This document shows positions 36,684 to 46,447 of a stretch of 64,000 nt of DNA, piece by piece. The notes under the pieces are model-generated. The model was not told the DNA's origin. It searched no databases and saw only the letters and a list, made by a program, of their open reading frames with translations. The stretch comes from an uncultured Hyphomonas sp. (GTDB lineage Bacteria > Pseudomonadota > Alphaproteobacteria > Caulobacterales > Hyphomonadaceae), in the NCBI GenBank assembly GCA_963678195.1, contig OY782759.1, forward strand, positions 3,353,961 through 3,417,960, in the 5' to 3' direction. A program made the translations under genes and the position numbers. Position 1 is the first letter of the stretch, and each line of letters starts with the position of its first letter.

Positions 36684-37406
36684 CTAGATTTTTTCTATTA
36701 ATTCCTTGGGTTTAATTGCTGCACCTGCGAACAAAACCTCAAGACTGGCCTTGGCTTCAGGTGACCATACGGCACCCGGCGACACGGCGAAGGCCGCCTC
36801 ACTTTTCAGGATCAGCCCGTCCGACAGGATTTTCAGCCCGTTGGCTTTCAACGTCGCCCCGGTGGAGGTGATGTCGACAATCACATCGGCCGAACCTGTC
36901 GTTGGGGCAGCTTCCGTCGCCCCGGCGCTCTCGACCAGACGGTATTCCCCGACAGACCGGGCCGCGAAGAAGCGGCGCGTGAGGCGCATATATTTCGTCG
37001 CGACCCGCAGGCGCCGGTGATGCGCCTTGCGGAACGCCGCCCCGGCCGCTTCCAGGTCCGACATCGTGTCGACATCGACCCAGGCCTGCGGCACGGCGAC
37101 GATCACATCCGCCCCGCCAAAGCCCAGCCGTTTCACCACTTCGAAATCGCTCTCCCCGACGGGGGCGAGGTCATGCAGCAGGTCTTCGCCGGTGACCCCG
37201 GCATGCAGGCTGCCATCGACGAGGCCCTGTGCAATCTCCCGCGCGGAGAGAAGCCGCATCTCGACATCGCCAAGGCCTTCGATCTCGGCCTGATAGCCGC
37301 GCTCGCCGCCGATCTGGGTAACCGGGAAGCCGGCCGATGCCAGCCATTCTTCGGATTTTTCCTTCAGCCGTCCCTTGGACGGGATCGCCAGTGACAGACG
37401 GGTCAT
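36684..37406 (-). CDS. hisG: ATP phosphoribosyltransferase, short form
   Basis: LAIPSKGRL, GVTGEDLL, VATKY, GATE.AP...ADVIVDITSTGATLKANGL. Confidence 0.96.
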   Translation of the reverse strand: MTRLSLAIPSKGRLKEKSEEWLASAGFPVTQIGGERGYQAEIEGLGDVEMRLLSAREIAQGLVDGSLHAGVTGEDLLHDLAPVGESDFEVVKRLGFGGADVIVAVPQAWVDVDTMSDLEAAGAAFRKAHHRRLRVATKYMRLTRRFFAARSVGEYRLVESAGATEAAPTTGSADVIVDITSTGATLKANGLKILSDGLILKSEAAFAVSPGAVWSPEAKASLEVLFAGAAIKPKELIEKI

Positions 37407-38533
37407 GCGCCCCTCCCTTTTGCACGCAGCACACGGTCGGGCCGGACCACGCCGCCGATTGCGGTTGCATCCGCCTTGCCGTTCGAGAGCCCGGAAACAA
37501 GGCCATCATAGCGGCCGCCTGATGCAATCGGCTGGCTCTCTGCGAGGTTCGCGCCCAGCGTCTCGAACAGGAAGCCATCATAATAGGTGAACCGGCGCCC
37601 GAAGCCGGAACGGAACCGGCAAATGGCTTTCACTTCCGGCAACAGCTCGCGGATCAGTTCCATCCGCCGCGCCACGCGGTCAATCGCGCCGGAGGTTCGC
37701 GGCAGGCTGTAGCGCGAGGCGATGGCATCCAGCTGGTCGGCGGCTTCGGCTGCGGTGCAATTCACCGCCGCCAATGCGCCGATCACTTCGCGCACCTTGT
37801 CCGGTACGCCGCCTGCAGCCATTGCAGCCGCCCGGGCGCGCAGGCCCGCGATGATTTCCGGAACGCTCCGTGTCCCAATCAGCGGAATGCCGCGTTCTGC
37901 AAGCGCCGCGCGGAAGGCCGTTTCGGCCTCCTCCGGGGTGGCAGCTTCCAGTGTCGGCACGAGGTCCGCTTCGATCGGTGCAGGCGATGCCTCGACCAGC
38001 GCCCGGACGCCGCCTTCCTGACGGAAGGCTCGTTTCAACAGGTCCGCCGTCACACGTGGCAGGCCAAGCGCGTCGATGAAGGCTGGAAAGATGGCAAGGT
38101 CGCCCGTTGCAATCGCGACCGGCCGGACATCACACTCCCGGACGGCTTCATGCACCAGAGCGAAGGCTTCGGCATCCTCCACCGGATCGGAATCCCGGCC
38201 GAAACGTTCGAAGCCCACCTGGGTGAACTCCATCGGGTCTCCATTGGCGGCCGGCAGGCGGAAGGCTTCCGCCGCGTAGCAATAGGCTTTCGGGCCATTG
38301 GTGCCGCTGGCAAGACGTTCGGCTTCCAGCCCAGCCACCGGCAGGGTCAGGTCCGGCCGCATGACCATTTCATTGCCGCGATGATCCGTGAACACGCAAA
38401 GCCGTGCGCGGACCGCTTCGCCGGACAGTTCCAGCGGAATATCGGACGGCAGGATATAGGCCGGATTGACCGGTTCGGCACCAGAGCCCTCGAACCGGGA
38501 CCGGGCCGCCTTCACCACAGCTGCATGTGTCAT
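37403..38533 (-). CDS. hisZ: ATP phosphoribosyltransferase regulatory subunit
   Basis: MRPDLTLPV, EFTQVGFE, FTYYDGFLF, ASGGRYD; lies between hisS and hisG. Confidence 0.92.
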   Translation of the reverse strand: MTHAAVVKAARSRFEGSGAEPVNPAYILPSDIPLELSGEAVRARLCVFTDHRGNEMVMRPDLTLPVAGLEAERLASGTNGPKAYCYAAEAFRLPAANGDPMEFTQVGFERFGRDSDPVEDAEAFALVHEAVRECDVRPVAIATGDLAIFPAFIDALGLPRVTADLLKRAFRQEGGVRALVEASPAPIEADLVPTLEAATPEEAETAFRAALAERGIPLIGTRSVPEIIAGLRARAAAMAAGGVPDKVREVIGALAAVNCTAAEAADQLDAIASRYSLPRTSGAIDRVARRMELIRELLPEVKAICRFRSGFGRRFTYYDGFLFETLGANLAESQPIASGGRYDGLVSGLSNGKADATAIGGVVRPDRVLRAKGRGA

Positions 38534-40014
38534 GCCTGGGCCTCGACGATACGGCGGATGGCGCCCACCATTTCGGCGCGCGGCACTTCGATCTGGCCAG
38601 GGCGCGCCTCACGGTACTCCTCGTTGGACTTGATGGCCTTCGCCTTGAGGGCGCCCATTTCGAGATCCTTGATGGTGACCGTGCCCTTGGCGAGCTCATC
38701 CTCACCCACCATGACCGCAACCGGGGAATTGCGCCGGTCGGCATATTTCATCTGTTTGCCCATATTGTTGGCCCCGCCCATATAGGCTTCGGCACGCAGG
38801 CCCGCCTTGCGCAACTCCGCGGCAATGGAAAGCGCGATGGCCGGGTTGTCCCGGTCGAGATTGAGCACGACGACCGGGCCGTCGAGCTTCGCCGTTTCGC
38901 CCATGATCTGCATTGCGGCAGCAAGGCGTGAGATACCGATGGAAAAGCCCGTGGCCGGAACGCTTTGCCCGGTGAAGCGCGCGACGAGATCGTCATAGCG
39001 TCCGCCGCCACCGATGGAGCCGATGCGGTAGGTCTTGCCGTCTTCCCCGGTCACTTCGCGCAGCAGCTCTGCCTCATAGACCGGGCCAGTATAGTATTCG
39101 AGCCCGCGCACGACCGACGGATCGATCAACACGTCGCTTTCAGGCGCGCCCAGTCCTTCGAGAGCGCTGGCAATGGCTTCGAGTTCGGCGAGACCGGCCT
39201 TGCCCTGCTCGCTGTCTCCTGCGGCTTTGGCGAGGTTGGCGAGCGTGGCTTCGCGCGTCCCCGCGCCAGCTTCCGCGAAGGCCAGAACCCGTTTGACCTC
39301 TTCAGTCCCGAGCCCTGCGCCTTTTGTATAGTCGCCGCTCTCATCAAGCCGCCCTTCCCCGAGCAGGTCGGCAACGCCGCTTGCTCCAAGCCGGTCGAGC
39401 TTGTCGAGCGCACGCAGGATGGCGAGGCGCGTCTCCTGGCTCTCGGCGCCTACGGCATCCAACACCCCGTTCAGAAGCCGGCGCGTGTTCACCCGGATCG
39501 CAAACTCACCCGACTGCATGCCGACCGCCCGCAGCGCTTCGGCGCCCATGGCGATCATCTCCGCATCGGCATGGAAGCCCGGCGCCCCCACTGTATCGGC
39601 ATCGCACTGCCAGAATTCCCGGAAACGGCCCGGGCCCGGCTTCTCGTTGCGCCAGACCGGCCCGGCCGCGTAGCGCCGGAACGGGCGGCCAAGGTCCTGG
39701 CCGGCTTCGGCGACAAAGCGGGCGAGCGGCGCTGTCAGGTCGTAACGCAGGGCGATCCATTGCTCGTCATCATCCTGCAGGGCGAACACGCCTTCATTCG
39801 GTCGGTCGGTATCGGGCAGGAACTTGCCAAGCGCATCGACATATTCAAAGGCGCCGGTTTCGAGGTGTTCAAAGCCCCATTGGCGATAGACGCCGGTAAT
39901 GGTTTCCACGAGCCTTGCCTGTGCATGCAGGAGGCCCTCGCGCTTGTCGGGAAAGCCGCGCGGCTTGCGGGCAAGCTGCTTGCCGGAGAGGGGCTTGCTG
40001 TCTTTGTCACTCAT
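38530..40014 (-). CDS. hisS: histidine--tRNA ligase
   Basis: PRGFPD, LRYDLTAP, GRFREFWQCDAD, VRGLEYYTG, GGGRYD. Confidence 0.97.
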   Translation of the reverse strand: MSDKDSKPLSGKQLARKPRGFPDKREGLLHAQARLVETITGVYRQWGFEHLETGAFEYVDALGKFLPDTDRPNEGVFALQDDDEQWIALRYDLTAPLARFVAEAGQDLGRPFRRYAAGPVWRNEKPGPGRFREFWQCDADTVGAPGFHADAEMIAMGAEALRAVGMQSGEFAIRVNTRRLLNGVLDAVGAESQETRLAILRALDKLDRLGASGVADLLGEGRLDESGDYTKGAGLGTEEVKRVLAFAEAGAGTREATLANLAKAAGDSEQGKAGLAELEAIASALEGLGAPESDVLIDPSVVRGLEYYTGPVYEAELLREVTGEDGKTYRIGSIGGGGRYDDLVARFTGQSVPATGFSIGISRLAAAMQIMGETAKLDGPVVVLNLDRDNPAIALSIAAELRKAGLRAEAYMGGANNMGKQMKYADRRNSPVAVMVGEDELAKGTVTIKDLEMGALKAKAIKSNEEYREARPGQIEVPRAEMVGAIRRIVEAQA

Positions 40015-40270
40015 GGGTCGCTCTTGGTCCTGTTTGCGCACCGCATAGTCGGTGCTGGTCCGGATTGGAAGGCGACACGTCAACATCAGGCACGCCCCGG
40101 CTGTGGCCTGCCTCGTCTGGTCTGGTTCTTGGGGGAACACTTTAGCAGAGGCGCAGCCGGACCGGTTCGCGCCTCATCGGCGCGTCACGAATGGTGATGA
40201 TGGTGGTGCAGTGCTGTGTTCATTACGAAAAGGCCGATACGGGGGCGACCCGGCAAAGTCAACCGAAAGG

Positions 40271-40744
40271 TCAGGCTTTCTGCGACTGGCGCGTGAACGG
40301 CTTCTCCTGCCCGTCCCGACGCTCGATCACCTTGAAAATGCCCGTGCCCCGCATCAGCAGCTTGTCGCCCGCCCAGATCCTGCCCTCGACCGTGAAGACA
40401 TCGTCCTGCCGGCCGATCACATGGCCCTTGCCTTCGACGAAGCTGCCCATGCTGGCGCCGGAGAGGAAGTCGCACATCAGGCGGACGGTCACCCACCAGG
40501 TGTCGTCGTCCTTCTCCACCGCCGCGCCCCAGGCCATATCGGCGAAGGTCATGAGCATGCCACCATGGGCGTTCATCATGCCGTTGGTGTGGTGCTCCTC
40601 GACGCGGAAGGCGCGGGTCAGGCCCGTCTCGTCCCGCTTCTCGAACAGCGGGCCGACCTGGCGGCCGAAGCCCCGGTGCCAGGGCAGCATCTGATAGCCT
40701 TCCGGCAGGTCGAATGTCTGGTTGCGTGAAAGATCGTCAGTCAT
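40271..40744 (-). CDS. PaaI family thioesterase
   Basis: [16 protein letters not shown] hot-dog motif. Confidence 0.9.
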   Translation of the reverse strand: MTDDLSRNQTFDLPEGYQMLPWHRGFGRQVGPLFEKRDETGLTRAFRVEEHHTNGMMNAHGGMLMTFADMAWGAAVEKDDDTWWVTVRLMCDFLSGASMGSFVEGKGHVIGRQDDVFTVEGRIWAGDKLLMRGTGIFKVIERRDGQEKPFTRQSQKA

Positions 40745-40802
40745 GGCGCCCGCTTAGCGCTGTCCGGCGCGATTTGCCAGCCCTCTCCCGACGCAGGGCC
40801 GG

Positions 40803-41435
40803 TTACACTGCCAGCGAGATGAGGTTGATGAACATGTGCGCCATGATCGGCAGGAACAGTCCGCCGCTGGCCACGCGCAACAGGCCCAGCACGAGGCCAT
40901 ATACCAGCACCATCAGGATACCGATCCAGCCATACTGGAAATGCTGGAGCGCAAAGATGACCGCGGCCAGGCCCGAGGCGCTCAGCGGCGTCCAGCCACG
41001 CTCAAGCAACACGCCCATGAACAGGCCGCGATAGATGAATTCTTCCGCAAAAGGCGCGACCAGCACAATCGTGAACAGCAGTTCGGCGCGAGACCCGGCC
41101 TGCAACTGGCTGACGAAGCTCTCGCTGACACTCAGCCCCTGTGATCCGAACACCGCCGCCAGCAGGCCTGAGAGGAACGTCGTCAGGGCCACGGCCACCA
41201 TGGCGGCTGCCGCTGCGATGCCGACGACGACGAGGTTCATGTCGCCCGGCTCTGCCACTTCCCAGGCCACGCCGCGCAGGTTCAGATAGGCATAGATTGC
41301 CATCACGGTCAGCACATTGGCGAGGCCTGCGAGGGTGATGAGCGAAATGCCCGGCATCAGGCTGTTGACCAGAATGGCCGGCAGGATGACCAGGAACTGA
41401 TAAGCGACGGCCACAAACACCGCCGTCCAGATCAT
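40803..41435 (-). CDS. CPBP (CAAX-like) intramembrane metalloprotease
   Basis: APFAEEFIYRG, FALQH, AHMFIN; start uncertain. Confidence 0.9.
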   Translation of the reverse strand: MIWTAVFVAVAYQFLVILPAILVNSLMPGISLITLAGLANVLTVMAIYAYLNLRGVAWEVAEPGDMNLVVVGIAAAAAMVAVALTTFLSGLLAAVFGSQGLSVSESFVSQLQAGSRAELLFTIVLVAPFAEEFIYRGLFMGVLLERGWTPLSASGLAAVIFALQHFQYGWIGILMVLVYGLVLGLLRVASGGLFLPIMAHMFINLISLAV

Positions 41436-41601
41436 CGAGCGAAGCCTGGTCAATTGTGTCGCCCGTCCCTGCTGAAGGCCAAGAAGTCCCGAACCCGTAG
41501 AACTCCCGGCCGGACGGATCAAGCATTCCCGGAACACAATTGCGCCAGACAAGCGGAAACCGCCAGCGCGAACCGGCGGCTTCTGAAGAGAATAAAGTGC
41601 C

Positions 41602-42090
41602 CTATTCGCGGAAGTTCATTTCCTGCAGCAGGCTGGTGCCGGTGATTTCCCGGAATTCCGCCCGGTCGGCATTTTCCGAGGCAAGCTGTTCGGTCGTGGC
41701 CTCGGCCCATTCCCGGAAGGCATCATATTGCGCTTCGGATTCCGGGCCGCTCGGGATCTTCTCCATGATGGTCACGAGATAAAGATCCGGCTCGCCAGCC
41801 CGGTTATAGTAATTGCCGAAGACCATATAGTCCTTGATCCAACCCTGCGACTTGGCGAACTCCTGCGAGGCGCGCCAGCGGTCTGCCAGATGGTTGGCAT
41901 AGTAAAGGCCGCCGCCGGGCTTGATGTCGACGCCCGTGATTTCCCAGAAGTCGCCGCTGACCAGCGGATATCCGTCATCGGCCGGAGCGGCTTCAGCTGC
42001 CGGCTCCTGCGCGGTCGCGCTGGTGATACAGCCGGCCAGCACGACGGTGAGCGCCACGCCGGAGATTCTCAGTGATTGGATCAAACGCAT
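41602..42090 (-). CDS. secreted/lipoprotein hypothetical protein
   Basis: VLAGC lipobox or AxA signal; acidic alpha/beta-like domain; GGGAGG RBS. Confidence 0.75.
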   Translation of the reverse strand: MRLIQSLRISGVALTVVLAGCITSATAQEPAAEAAPADDGYPLVSGDFWEITGVDIKPGGGLYYANHLADRWRASQEFAKSQGWIKDYMVFGNYYNRAGEPDLYLVTIMEKIPSGPESEAQYDAFREWAEATTEQLASENADRAEFREITGTSLLQEMNFRE

Positions 42091-42117
42091 TATTTCCTCC
42101 CTTATTTCTTATTCGAT

Positions 42118-42139
42118 ATAGTTAACACAAATTAACTAT
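42118..42139. promoter_or_regulatory. 8-bp inverted repeat, operator-like
   Basis: ATAGTTAA-CACAAA-TTAACTAT upstream of 41602..42090. Confidence 0.5.
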
Positions 42140-42234
42140 TTCTCCTATCGCTTGTTTTTTGGGATGATTTTCGCGTCTTTCCTTTCAACCTGAAAAATAA
42201 TTCGAACCTCAGGCCAAGGTCCGCTCAAGGCGGC

Positions 42235-42414
42235 CTAAAGCTCGATCATGTCGAAGTCGGATTTCGGCGTGCCGCACAGCGGGCAGACCCAGTCGTCCGG
42301 AATGTCAGCCCAGCGCGTTCCGGCCGCCAGCCCCTCACCCGGATCCCCGTGCTCTTCTTCATAGATGTAGCCGCAGGTACGGCACTGCCAGACCTTGTAG
42401 GGCGCGTCGCTCAT
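42235..42414 (-). CDS. rubredoxin
   Basis: CRTCGYIY...GTRWADIPDDWVCPLCG; start MSDAPY at 42414. Confidence 0.96.
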   Translation of the reverse strand: MSDAPYKVWQCRTCGYIYEEEHGDPGEGLAAGTRWADIPDDWVCPLCGTPKSDFDMIEL

Positions 42415-42427
42415 TGCTTCTTCCTCC

Positions 42428-43084
42428 TCAGACCGGTGCCAGGCGCGCACGCAGCGACTGGACCAGCGCATCCCGGACAGGCGTGATCTCCGTATCCGGA
42501 TCAATCATGTTCTGCATGCGAATGCCGATCAGCGCGCAGCCGGCCATCAGCGCGGTCGCGTCGGCATTGGCATCCTTGCGGATACTGCCCTCGGCCTGTC
42601 CGCGCTCGATGATCTTCCGGATCAGCACGCGTTCCAGCTCGTGCGACTCGGCAAAGGCCGCGCGGGTTTCCAGCCGGTCGGCGACCGCCGCAGCCAGCAG
42701 CATGTAATAGGCCTTGTCCTCTTCCCGCCCGTCCAGCGCCCGGCAGTGCAGCTCGACAAAGGCGCAGAGGGCCGAGAGGCCGTCCATCCGTTCTACATGG
42801 GCCGCCGCCAGCGCCTCGCGCTGCCAGTCGTGAAGCGCGGCGATGAGGCTACGGATCAGCCCGTCCTTGGACCCGAAACGCTGAGTGACGAGACCGCGGG
42901 AATAGCCCGCCTCCTTGCCGATGGCATCGAACGTGGCCGCGGCCACCCCCTTCTCGGAGACGACGCGCATGGTGGCTTCAAGCAATTCCTGCTCGGACCG
43001 CTCGCGCCGCTCGGCCTGGGTCATCCGCCCCGCATTGGCGGATGCGTCTGAATCTGTGGTGGGGGCTGTCTTCGTATCCGACAT
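42428..43084 (-). CDS. TetR/AcrR family regulator
   Basis: ATFDAIGKEAGYSRGLVTQRFGSKDGL HTH. Confidence 0.92.
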   Translation of the reverse strand: MSDTKTAPTTDSDASANAGRMTQAERRERSEQELLEATMRVVSEKGVAAATFDAIGKEAGYSRGLVTQRFGSKDGLIRSLIAALHDWQREALAAAHVERMDGLSALCAFVELHCRALDGREEDKAYYMLLAAAVADRLETRAAFAESHELERVLIRKIIERGQAEGSIRKDANADATALMAGCALIGIRMQNMIDPDTEITPVRDALVQSLRARLAPV

Positions 43085-43108
43085 GAGTCTGCCTAACATA
43101 TTTGTTGG

Positions 43109-43134
43109 CCGTATAGCAAGTATATGCTAAACGG
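43109..43134. promoter_or_regulatory. probable TetR operator between divergent tetR and P450 genes
   Basis: CCGTATAGCA-N6-TGCTAAACGG: 10-bp IR with 1 mismatch. Confidence 0.55.
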
Positions 43135-43179
43135 CTTCTTGACTGGGGGCCGCCAATCGCTCCCGCACCGGAGGAACGC

Positions 43180-44454
43180 ATGACCATACCCGCCAATATC
43201 GCCGAAGCCGTTGTAGATCCCAAGGCCTATGCCGACTGGGACCGTTCGCACGAAGCCTTTGCCTGGCTGCGCAAGAACGCGCCGCTGGATGTCGCCGAGA
43301 TCGAAGGGTTCGATCCGTTCTGGGTGGTCAGCAAACATGCCGACATCCAGAACATCGAGAAGCAGAACGACCTCTTCCATAATGAAGACCGCTCCGCGAC
43401 GCTGACCAATATCGAGACCGACAAGAAAGTCCGCGAGATGATGGGCGGCTCGCCCAACCTGCTGCGCTCGCTCGTCCAGATGGATAATCCGGACCACATG
43501 CAGTACCGCCGCCTGACGCAGGCCTGGTTCATGCCGCAGAACCTCCGCAAGCTGGAAGACCGCATCCGCGAGATTGCCCGCGGCTTCATCGACAAGATGG
43601 CCGACAAGGGCACCGAGTGCGACTTCGCCCGCGACGTGGCCTTCCTCTATCCGCTGCATGTCATCATGGAAGTGCTGGGCGTGCCGGAAATTGACGAGCC
43701 GCGCATGCTGAAGCTGACGCAGGAATTGTTCGGCGCGCAGGATCCGGAAGTGAACCGCTCCGGCGCAGAAGTCACCGACTCCGATACCGGCCTCGCCAAC
43801 ATCCAGGCCACGGTCGCGGACTTCTTCACCTATTTCGTCGAGATGACCGAAGACCGCCGCAAGAACCCGCGCGAAGACCTCGCCAGCGTGATCGCCAATG
43901 GCGAAGTCTATGGCAAGCCGCTCGGCCACCTCGAAGCCATGTCTTATTATATCATCGCTGCGACGGCCGGGCATGACACGACCTCCAACACAACCGGCGG
44001 CGCGCTCTGGGCCCTTGCCGAGAACCAGGACCAGTTCCGTAAGCTGAAGGATGATCTCTCGCTGATCCCGTCCATGGTGGAAGAATCCATCCGCTGGGAA
44101 ACGCCGGTGAAGCACTTCATGCGCACGGCCACCGCCGACACGGAAGTCCACGGCAAACAGATCAAGAAGAATGACTGGCTGTTCCTGGCTTACCCCTCCG
44201 GCAACCGCGACGAGGACGTGTTCGACGATCCTTACAGCTTCAAAATCGACCGTTCGCCCAACAAGCATGTCGCCTTCGGCTATGGCGCGCATGTCTGCCT
44301 CGGCCAGCACCTCGGCCGGATGGAAATGCGTATCCTTTGGGAAGAGCTGCTGCCGCGCCTGCAATCGGTGGAGCTCAACGGCAAACCGACACGCGTTCAG
44401 GCGAACTTTGTGAGTGGGCCGAAGTCGATCCCGATCAAGTTCAAGATGAACTAG
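43180..44454 (+). CDS. cytochrome P450 (CYP108/P450terp-like)
   Basis: AGHDTT, EESIRW, FGYGAHVCLGQHL; colinear with P450terp as recalled (YPLHVIM..LGVPE.DEP.MLKLTQ). Confidence 0.95.
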   Translation: MTIPANIAEAVVDPKAYADWDRSHEAFAWLRKNAPLDVAEIEGFDPFWVVSKHADIQNIEKQNDLFHNEDRSATLTNIETDKKVREMMGGSPNLLRSLVQMDNPDHMQYRRLTQAWFMPQNLRKLEDRIREIARGFIDKMADKGTECDFARDVAFLYPLHVIMEVLGVPEIDEPRMLKLTQELFGAQDPEVNRSGAEVTDSDTGLANIQATVADFFTYFVEMTEDRRKNPREDLASVIANGEVYGKPLGHLEAMSYYIIAATAGHDTTSNTTGGALWALAENQDQFRKLKDDLSLIPSMVEESIRWETPVKHFMRTATADTEVHGKQIKKNDWLFLAYPSGNRDEDVFDDPYSFKIDRSPNKHVAFGYGAHVCLGQHLGRMEMRILWEELLPRLQSVELNGKPTRVQANFVSGPKSIPIKFKMN

Positions 44455-44473
44455 GGCCCTCGCCCCACACGCT

Positions 44474-45829
44474 TCAGTTCAGGCCGACCGCTGCCAGCGC
44501 GTCGGCCTGTCTTTTTGAGACTGCCTCCACCGAGAAGCCCTCAAGGCTTTCTTCAAACAGGCGGCAATAGTTCAGCTCGGCACCGAGCCTCAGATAGGCA
44601 GCGCCGAGGCCGATGGCGGCGCGGTCCATGAAGACGAATTCGCGCGGGATCTTCACCGGCCCCTTCTCTTTCAGGAGCTTCCGGACGGCGAAGGCTTCCT
44701 TGCGACCATACTCTCCGGAGGTCACGCCATCGGCGACGGAGCGCACACGGTCGTCCAGCAGCGGGCCATAGATAAAGCCCGCCCAGATGTTCAGCACTTC
44801 GACCAGGTCTTTCGACAGGCCCTCAAAGCCCCATTTCTCGTAAGCCGCATAGGTCGCATCGAAATCGTCCTTCTGGAGGGCGCGGTAGAGATCGACGACG
44901 CCTTCCACGAAGCCCGGCGGGAAAATGCGGATACAGCCGAAGTCGAGCAGATTGAGGCCCGTCCCCTCTCCGGTGACCTGATAATTGCCGAGATGCGGGT
45001 CGCCATGGATCACGGCATAGGTGTTCATCGGGCCCCACCAGGTCCAGAACAGCATTTCGGCGATATGGTTGCGTGTCTCCTGCGGCGCATCCTCGAAGGC
45101 TGTGAGGCGCTGGCCGGTCAGCCAGGTCATGGTGAGGAGGCGCGGCGTGGAGAGGTCCTCGATCGGCTCCGGCACCTGCACGAAGTCCTTCTCCGCCAGC
45201 ATGCGCGCATAGAGCGCCATGTGTTTTGCCTCGCGGGCATAATCGAGCTCCTCGCGCAGGCGGTCGGTAATCTCTTCCACCATTGCGGTCGGGTCGATCG
45301 AGCCGTCCATCCGCTTGAAGAGGCCCAGCACCGTTTTCAGCTGGCCGACATCGCTCTCCACGGCGCTGGCCATGTCCGGATATTGCAGCTTGCAGGCGAC
45401 CTTGCGGCCATCATGCAGCGTCGCGGCATGGACCTGGCCGAGGGAGGCGGCGTGGGAGGCCTCATGGCCGAAGTCTGCAAACCGGCCCTGCCAGTCCGCG
45501 CCAAGCTCCGCCCGCATGCGGCGGCGCACGAAGGGCCAGCCCATGGCCGGGGCCTCGGCCTGCAGCTGGGCAAACTCGGCGGCGTATTTCTCGGGCAACA
45601 GGTCCGGCACGGTGGACAGCATCTGCGCCACCTTCATCAGCGGGCCTTTTGACTTGCCGAGGGCCGCCGCCAGCGCCTTGGCGATCTTCTCATCGCCCTG
45701 ATCGCCGCCAAACAGGCTCTGCGCCGCAAAGGTCAGCCCCGCCCCGGAGAGGTTCGCGCCGACCCTTGCGGTCCGGCTGAGGCGCCCGGCAAGGCGGTTG
45801 CGTTCGGGATCTGCTGAAGTGTCAGTCAT
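44474..45829 (-). CDS. ABC1/UbiB/AarF atypical kinase family protein
   Basis: AASLGQVH, VACKLQYP, EELDY, HGDPHLGN, LLDFGC. Confidence 0.92.
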   Translation of the reverse strand: MTDTSADPERNRLAGRLSRTARVGANLSGAGLTFAAQSLFGGDQGDEKIAKALAAALGKSKGPLMKVAQMLSTVPDLLPEKYAAEFAQLQAEAPAMGWPFVRRRMRAELGADWQGRFADFGHEASHAASLGQVHAATLHDGRKVACKLQYPDMASAVESDVGQLKTVLGLFKRMDGSIDPTAMVEEITDRLREELDYAREAKHMALYARMLAEKDFVQVPEPIEDLSTPRLLTMTWLTGQRLTAFEDAPQETRNHIAEMLFWTWWGPMNTYAVIHGDPHLGNYQVTGEGTGLNLLDFGCIRIFPPGFVEGVVDLYRALQKDDFDATYAAYEKWGFEGLSKDLVEVLNIWAGFIYGPLLDDRVRSVADGVTSGEYGRKEAFAVRKLLKEKGPVKIPREFVFMDRAAIGLGAAYLRLGAELNYCRLFEESLEGFSVEAVSKRQADALAAVGLN

Positions 45830-45867
45830 CGCTATTTATATAGTGCGATGCAGGCCTAACGCCGACA

Positions 45868-46185
45868 TTATCCAGCTTTTTCTTCATGATCGACGTATGA
45901 ACGCAGAACCTGATTGATCCGGGTTTGGTAACCCTTTCCCTTACTCTTGAAGAATTCCACAATATCACTGTCCAGCCGGATTGAGACATGAGTCTTCGAG
46001 ATAGGTTCAACCAACTCTACATCTACAGATTTCCAATCAATTCTCGGAAAGTTGGGATCGCCCGCGCGGCGCGCGCGGATTTGCTCATCGCTCAATGAAC
46101 GAAGTTTGTTCCAATCCGTACCTGAGACCTTTTTCGTGTTCTCAGCCCGACGAAGGAAAGCTCTTGTCGTAGATTTCTTGGGCAT
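45868..46185 (-). CDS. BrnA (DUF4415) family antitoxin
   Basis: TDWNKL...K..VSIRLDSDIVEFFKSKGKGYQTRINQVLRSY. Confidence 0.9.
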   Translation of the reverse strand: MPKKSTTRAFLRRAENTKKVSGTDWNKLRSLSDEQIRARRAGDPNFPRIDWKSVDVELVEPISKTHVSIRLDSDIVEFFKSKGKGYQTRINQVLRSYVDHEEKAG

Positions 46186-46447
46186 CTTTTGTTGCAATAT
46201 CGGCAGCAAGGATAGTCAGGTGCAGATCAAAACGACAACGGATTTCAAAGATCATTCCGTTCACCTTGATCAACGCAGTGAAGTCATCCGGCCCACTCGG
46301 AACCACACGCACGTGTGGTTGAGCAAAGCCAGACTCGATGTCTTCAAAGGCTACGCCATACTTATCTTTGTTCCGATCATTGTCCTTTTCATCCCAGACA
46401 ACGCTTGAATAAATCCCCTCGGCGGGAAATCCCGTAGGCATCTCCAT
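46142..46447 (-). CDS. divergent BrnT-like toxin
   Basis: WDEKDNDRNKDKYGVAFED resembles the BrnT N-terminus; AGAGGA RBS; overlaps the brnA start. Confidence 0.65.
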   Translation of the reverse strand: MEMPTGFPAEGIYSSVVWDEKDNDRNKDKYGVAFEDIESGFAQPHVRVVPSGPDDFTALIKVNGMIFEIRCRFDLHLTILAADIATKDAQEIYDKSFPSSG

